Shown here in pieces: positions 59,101-64,000 of a DNA stretch of 64,000 nt. Under the pieces are notes generated by a model. It was not told the DNA's origin. It ran no database searches and saw only the letters and a list, made by a program, of their open reading frames with translations. This DNA is from Podarcis liolepis (lineage: Eukaryota): assembly GCA_965112155.1 (NCBI GenBank), contig OZ218100.1; one strand, written 5' to 3'. Position 1 is the stretch's first letter. Every line of letters begins with the position of its first letter. A program made the translations under genes and the position numbers.

Positions 59101-59246
59101 TTCCTTTCATTCCAGGTGTGGTTGGTGACTGGAAGAACACTTTTGATGAAGCTCAGAGCCAGAAAGTGGATGCTAAATTCAAGGAGTGTTTAGAAGGAAC
59201 CAAGCTGGGAGCAAAACTGAAGTACGATGTGTACTGCAAAACCTGA
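52908..59246 (+). CDS. SULT6B1: Cytosolic sulfotransferase family 6B member 1, complete, 7 exons, 909 nt, 302 aa
   Basis: FEARKDDVVLVSYPKCG, IECGDPERYQ, ATHL (catalytic His), RNPKDTAAS (3'-PB), WGSYFDH, FRKGVVGDWK, LGAKLKYDVYC; syntenic position. Confidence 0.94.
54252..54389. mobile_element. Palindromic hAT MITE family copy
   Basis: CAGGGGTAGC...GCTACTCCTG termini; GGGAGTTGTAGTCC motif. Confidence 0.65.
54750..54862 (+). CDS. SULT6B1: SULT6B1 exon 2
   Basis: (G)INWLILIVNDLIATTLKTKHENTELPFIECGDPERYQ. Confidence 0.93.
55284..55373 (+). CDS. SULT6B1: SULT6B1 exon 3
   Basis: RMKQFPSPRIVATHLHYNLLPKSIFKNKAK. Confidence 0.93.
55889..56015 (+). CDS. SULT6B1: SULT6B1 exon 4
   Basis: VLLLFRNPKDTAASFFHFHNNAPSIPSYNSWEEFFSLFMNGQ. 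Confidence 0.95.
56706..56800 (+). CDS. SULT6B1: SULT6B1 exon 5
   Basis: (V)AWGSYFDHAVVWNKHIDDENVLVLTYEQLKE. Confidence 0.95.
57700..57856 (+). CDS. SULT6B1: SULT6B1 exon 6
   Basis: DLVAGVKQIAEFFGF...THGAVGPLIFRK. Confidence 0.95.
58462..58813 (-). mobile_element. Sauria SINE with perfect 14-bp TSD
   Basis: TSD TATATAGTAAGCTA at 58448-58461 and 58814-58827; (AAAGGT)n tail and ...CCACCCGCGTCCC head. Confidence 0.93.
59116..59246 (+). CDS. SULT6B1: SULT6B1 exon 7 (terminal CDS)
   Basis: (G)VVGDWKNTFDEAQSQKVDAKFKECLEGTKLGAKLKYDVYCKT-TGA. Confidence 0.95.
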
Positions 59247-59742
59247 AAAGAGCTTCTTATGAAGTGCTTCGTTCTCATGACAGTTTTGTTTGCTATCATA
59301 TATTCAAGAAAAGCTACAAGCAGAGCACACAATCCTTTGAGGCAAATTTTAGATATTGTCACACTCTAGTGTCGAACTTCTAAGATACATTTTAATTAAG
59401 CTGGATATTTTCATGCTGCTTAATAGAACACAGGGCGACCTATTTCTCCCAAACCGTATCAGCAAGCTGCTACTATTATGTTTCTAAGAAGTAGGGGAAG
59501 GTGACACGGACATGCGATTGCCAGGTGCCAACCTGGGGAACTTGTCAGTCTCTTTCAAAGCTCTGAAGGAGCAGCAAAAGATGCAGTGATTGTGTGTCTA
59601 GTGCCATTGCTGCGCAGGTTTCTTTTACCCACCTGCATTTGTAGCTGAAGGCAGAGGTGGACAATGGACACATGGAACTATGGAGGCGTGGGGCGATCGG
59701 TACTGCATCTGGATCTTTTACTGTTCCCCAGAACTCTTAAAG

Positions 59743-59863
59743 CAGGCATGAGGAACTCCAGATGGTGTTAAACTACAGTTCCCATCATCCTTGGCCATGC
59801 TCATGCTGCTTGGAGCTGATGGAGTCCAGCTACATCTGGATGGCCCCAACTTCCTCATCCCTG
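59743..59863. mobile_element. Palindromic hAT MITE family copy
   Basis: CAGGCATGAGGAA...TTCCTCATCCCTG termini; ACTACAGTTCCCATCAT motif. Confidence 0.6.
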
Positions 59864-59917
59864 CTTCAAACAGACTGCTGGGACACTAAGTTGTCTGTGG
59901 GAAATCCTACACAAGGC

Positions 59918-59961
<44 letters not shown>

Positions 59962-59962
59962 T
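59918..59962. repeat. (TAA)n microsatellite
   Basis: Direct reading. Confidence 0.95.
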
Positions 59963-60860
59963 CCCTCCCTTTACACCTTGGGGCATCACAATGATATGTT
60001 GAAACACATTGCTGTAGCCTCTAAAGAAAGTGGGACTTTGCACTCTTCATAGTTTGAATAGGAGGTGCTGAGCAGTGCTATTTGGGATCAGGCACGCATA
60101 TGTTTCTTGTTCCACTTATTTAGGCTTTCTAAGTTGTTTGTGGCAAGGTAGCGGACTCCTGTGACTTCAACAGCTGAGAGAAATTCAGCAAGTGAAGCTT
60201 TTCCCAGCGTGTGGATGTAGTGATGGAAAAAGCTTCATGCCATGTTACTCTGCGATGTAATAACTTGAACAGAATTCCAGATGGCTGAGGCCCTGCTCCA
60301 AACTAATTTTAAGGATGAGAAGGCCATTGAAGACTAGATTATCTCCAGTGCTGTGTCAGTGGGGTTCTGCTGGCACAATGGGACTTTCCTCCCTCCATGC
60401 ACCCCAAAATCTGCTCTGGGGGATTCCCCAACTTATTTTGAGGGTGTGAGGGGAACTGGAGGGAACAGGGGAGGAAGAAGAAGTTGCACTGCACTCACAG
60501 AAGTCCCTTGTGTTAGCAGAGCTGCAGGGTTGGATACGGCCCTCAGTTTTATGTTTTCTAATTTGGGGAAATTATATTTTTGATAAGTCAATCTGGATTC
60601 ACATAACAAACCCCATAACAAAAGGATCATTGAACTCCATTAAAATCTTTAAGGAAGTGATCTTTATAATGGCTTTAAGCCCCTTTTCATAGCAAAGCAG
60701 CATGTTGCATTAGGTTTCCAGACAGAGCACATTAGCAGAAGCAGATGTCGAAATTATTCCAACACTGATGAAATAATTTGAAATTTACTCATTACATCAA
60801 GATGATTCTTCCCCCTCCCCCTCCTGCTGACATTTATTTCCTTCGACTATGAACTTCATT

Positions 60861-60866
60861 AATAAA
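60861..60866 (+). terminator. Candidate SULT6B1 polyadenylation signal
   Basis: AATAAA followed by GU-rich ttgtttgtt...tgtgtt; about 1.6 kb after the stop. Confidence 0.4.
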
Positions 60867-61490
60867 CTCTTGTTTGTTACTGCTGTGTTACATTCATTTG
60901 CTGGCATGTTGCAAAAGCACTCTATAGAGATCCAAAGGAATTTCCCCATTCTTTTTCAATCTGTGCCAAGGCTGAAATCTCTAATATGATCACACCTATT
61001 AAGACAACAGTGAGCAGTCTTCTGGCTTGTGGAATCCACTTTGGTCTTTTTCTTACTAGATCCCCAAGATCCACCAACTGGATCTTGCACAGTGGCTCAG
61101 TGGGCCAGCATATGCCTGAAATAAAAAAATAAAAATAAAAAAATGGGTACCGTAACTCTGAGCATCATGCTAAACCTAGGAAAATCCACTCCTGGCTTCT
61201 CTCCCCACCCAAGCTTCCTTTATGCCACTAGCCAGGACATAACTGTTGCTATGGCTGAACAGATTGAAGTTATAAACGCTTCCTGATTTTCCTGATTACT
61301 GCAAGTCACACGGAAGTTGAACAGTAGATCCTAATCTGCCTTTTGCTCATTCCTACTGTGTCCCTTCCACTGCAGACTTCCAGGTGGAAATATGTGTCAA
61401 TACACCATATTTCTTAAAGACACTAGCCTCTATTGTGCCTTGATCTTCCCAAAGAAAAACACAACCCTGGCTAAGTGCTGGGAATCCCTG

Positions 61491-62438
61491 TGTTATAAGA
61501 AAAAACTGCTCCTTTCCCCCTTATGGGGTACCCAAGAGCCCGTATAGAGTCCTTATGTAGGCTATCTATCGGCAGGAGAAAACAACAGGGGCCAACCAGA
61601 GAATATTGAGAAGCAAAGCAGCTAGTAAGCATGATCTTTATTAGACTGTTGCAACAGGGTCCCCCACTCACCCCACGCAGGGAGGGAGGAGAGGAACCCA
61701 GAACATTGGTGTGCAAGCTCCACCAATGCAAGCTCCACCAATAGACTTTTGAAATTGCCTACCCTGTAGCTCAAGACCACCCCCAAAACATCAAACATAT
61801 ATCACAGAAAGAGGTGGTCCCCAGCAGAAATTTGAGTCTGTTGCTTCTCTCCTGTCTGCCAGGATACCTGATACAGCGGTACCTCGGGTTACATACGCTT
61901 CAGGTTACATATGCTTCAGGTTACAGACTCCTCTAACCCAGAAATAGTACCTCAGGTTAAGAACTTTGCTTCAGGATGAGAACAGAAATCGTGTGGTGGC
62001 GGCACAGCGGCAGCAGGAGGCCCCATTAGAAAAGTGGTACCTCAGGTTAAGAACAGTTTCAGGTTAAGAACGGACGTCCAGAACGAATTAAGTTCTTAAA
62101 CCGAGGTGCCACTGTAATGCCTTATCTGATTGTCTTTTCTGGGTAGCCTGGCCTTTTCTTTGAGATGGTAAATACTTAGTTCCTGAATCTCTTATGCATA
62201 TTGATAGTGTGCTCAGCTTAACAGATACTTGCCAGACTGTATTTACAGGGAGGTGTAAGCCCCTACAGTCCAAAGACAATTGGAAAGCTTTTCCCATCTC
62301 CTTCCTCCTTGCAGAGAAATATTTGAGGTCAATTTGGGAGAGTCAAAATGGTTTCAGGATTGTTCTCCTGTACTATTTCAGACACGTGGTTTATATACTT
62401 ATGTATGTGTTTGCCTTGACCTTAGAATTCCTATAACA
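61491..62438 (-). mobile_element. Solo LTR (ERV or Gypsy class), about 705 bp excluding the nested MITE
   Basis: Terminal inverted repeats TGTTATAAGAA...TTCCTATAACA (TG...CA); 4-bp flanks CCTG/CTTG; minus-strand AATAAA at 61637-61642. Confidence 0.7.
61874..62114. mobile_element. Tigger/pogo-like MITE (241 bp) nested in the solo LTR
   Basis: TA TSD; TIRs CAGCGGTACCTCGG / CCGAGGTGCCACTG; internal TCAGGTTA repeats. Confidence 0.88.
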
Positions 62439-64000
62439 CTTGGAATCTCACACCATTTGTCGTGCAACAATGTAGTGCTCATATCGCTATGGATTCGACA
62501 TTTACAGCTCAGCCCTATCCAGAGGTAAGTCTTGTTCAGTTCAGTGGGGCATACTCACAGGTCATTGGGGCCATTGGGGTTAGGATTGCAGCAAAAGCCT
62601 TCAAAGTCCCACTAAAAGCTGACATTGCAGACTAAATTCTTTACCCATGGGAAGAAAGTTTGTGAAGTTTAAAAACACCGCAGAGATAAATTCCTTGCAG
62701 GTTGTGTCCAATGTCAGCAAACGGATTTCTGTTTAAGCTTGAATTTTAGATTTAATCTTTACGATGACAACAAAGGAGCAGGGAAATAGATAAACAATAT
62801 ATTTGGCTGTAGACAAATGGGATGTTGTTTCTGAAGAAGGGGACTCACAGTAAATCCTCCCTCTAAGAAAGATGGTTACCTCCATGAGCTCAGAGTCGAG
62901 GAGAATTATGATGCAGGCTGCTAATAAAGTGAAATGGAATCAAAGCAGGCAGAGTGGCTGAGATCCATTTTCTCATTTACAAAATGTACACGGTTCAAAT
63001 GGCAGCATTTTCCAATATTTTAATGGGAAATATAATTAATGTTAGATTACAATAGCAGGAACATTAAAGTACAAGGTGCAGATGACATCAAATAAATTCC
63101 GAGGGCAGCTTGGCAATTAGAACAGAAGCCAAATGGATATATAATGAAGGGGGGCCTTGAAATACAGTTGTACCTATTATACGACTGGGGCAATTATCTG
63201 CCATTGTGTTCCCTTTAATGATGGTGCTTTGGCGAGAACACCAGCACCTTGCAATGAATTTATGATGCAAATAACTCTATGATTTCAATCCCACCTTTAT
63301 TCAATTCTACCTTTATTGTAGCATAGCTGTGGCAGTCTATTTTGGAGCACTAAAATTAAATTACTTTGCAATTATTTATGGCTGCTAATAGTCTCAGGAT
63401 CTGCATTTGGGAAGGGGAGGGAATAAGTACGCTTAAGAAAGGGGCATATTACAGCAGGTACCCAATATTTGAGCTCGTCATCAAAGCGCTTAGAGAGAAT
63501 GTTTAACTTATGGGGGCCATTTTCCAAGTGATGAACATAATTACTGTTAAGCACTGCAACTGGTAATTTTTAGGCAATGGGGGTCTGCAAATATTAAGTA
63601 ATGTCAGTGTTGGCACATCCATGCAGATACACCATTCTTTTTACGCACCAGGAACTACTTCATGAAAAGTGTTATGCTTTTGAACGTGGAACGTTTCACT
63701 GTGGTTGAGAACAGAAATATTCAAAGTGTAGTTTGCAATTCGAAATGGATCTGTAAATCCCCATTGACCTATGCCTGCACGGATCAATTCAGAGTTGCCA
63801 ACTAGCCAATATTTTACTGATATTTTACCTTAAAATCGTCTTCTGACTGGTAACCTGGATTCAGTAAGCTCCAGAGTCTTTGGCTTCACCCATAACTGAT
63901 CAGACTGGCAGACTTTATCTTCACTTCTTTTCTTGACCTATCAAATTCTGTCGCCTACAGAACTGCTTTCTCAGTCTGAGCTAATAAAAACCCTGGCTCT

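Noticed and set aside
61874-62114. Spaced TCAGGTTA repeats as a CRISPR-like array
   Set aside because: Short irregular subterminal repeats inside a TA-flanked MITE in a vertebrate genome.
59247-64000. EIF2AK2 (PKR) or a tandem SULT6B1 paralog expected downstream
   Set aside because: No recognisable coding exon or CpG island found in this interval.

Overview
Eukaryotic, intron-rich vertebrate DNA. It is most likely a squamate (lizard), inferred from several Sauria SINEs plus squamate-type CR1, L2 and Penelope repeats. The window holds the amniote gene block PRKD3 (+, last 11 coding exons only), NDUFAF7 (-, 10 exons, 450 aa), CEBPZ (+, 16 exons, 1049 aa), CEBPZOS (-, 3 coding exons, 77-aa microprotein) and SULT6B1 (+, 7 exons, 302 aa). 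I reconstructed every exon by hand from GT-AG sites, and the phases close consistently. Most other ORFs in the track are intronic or antisense noise. Most notable observations: (1) a TSD-flanked, fold-back Penelope-like insertion in CEBPZ intron 1 carrying a CCAAT/TATA promoter, a sense minimal hammerhead ribozyme and an upstream antisense copy that could mask it; (2) interlocked CEBPZ/CEBPZOS 3' ends, where the CEBPZ AATAAA is the first six coding bases of a CEBPZOS exon and the Lys-rich CEBPZ tail doubles as the polypyrimidine tract of a predicted CEBPZOS intron; (3) a back-to-back AATAAA/TTTATT signal between convergent PRKD3 and NDUFAF7; (4) an atypical Ile in the SULT6B1 PAPS-binding loop; (5) a solo LTR with a nested MITE. 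No prokaryotic-type systems or true tRNA/rRNA genes were seen. Gene identities come from my recognition of the translated sequences, not from database searches.
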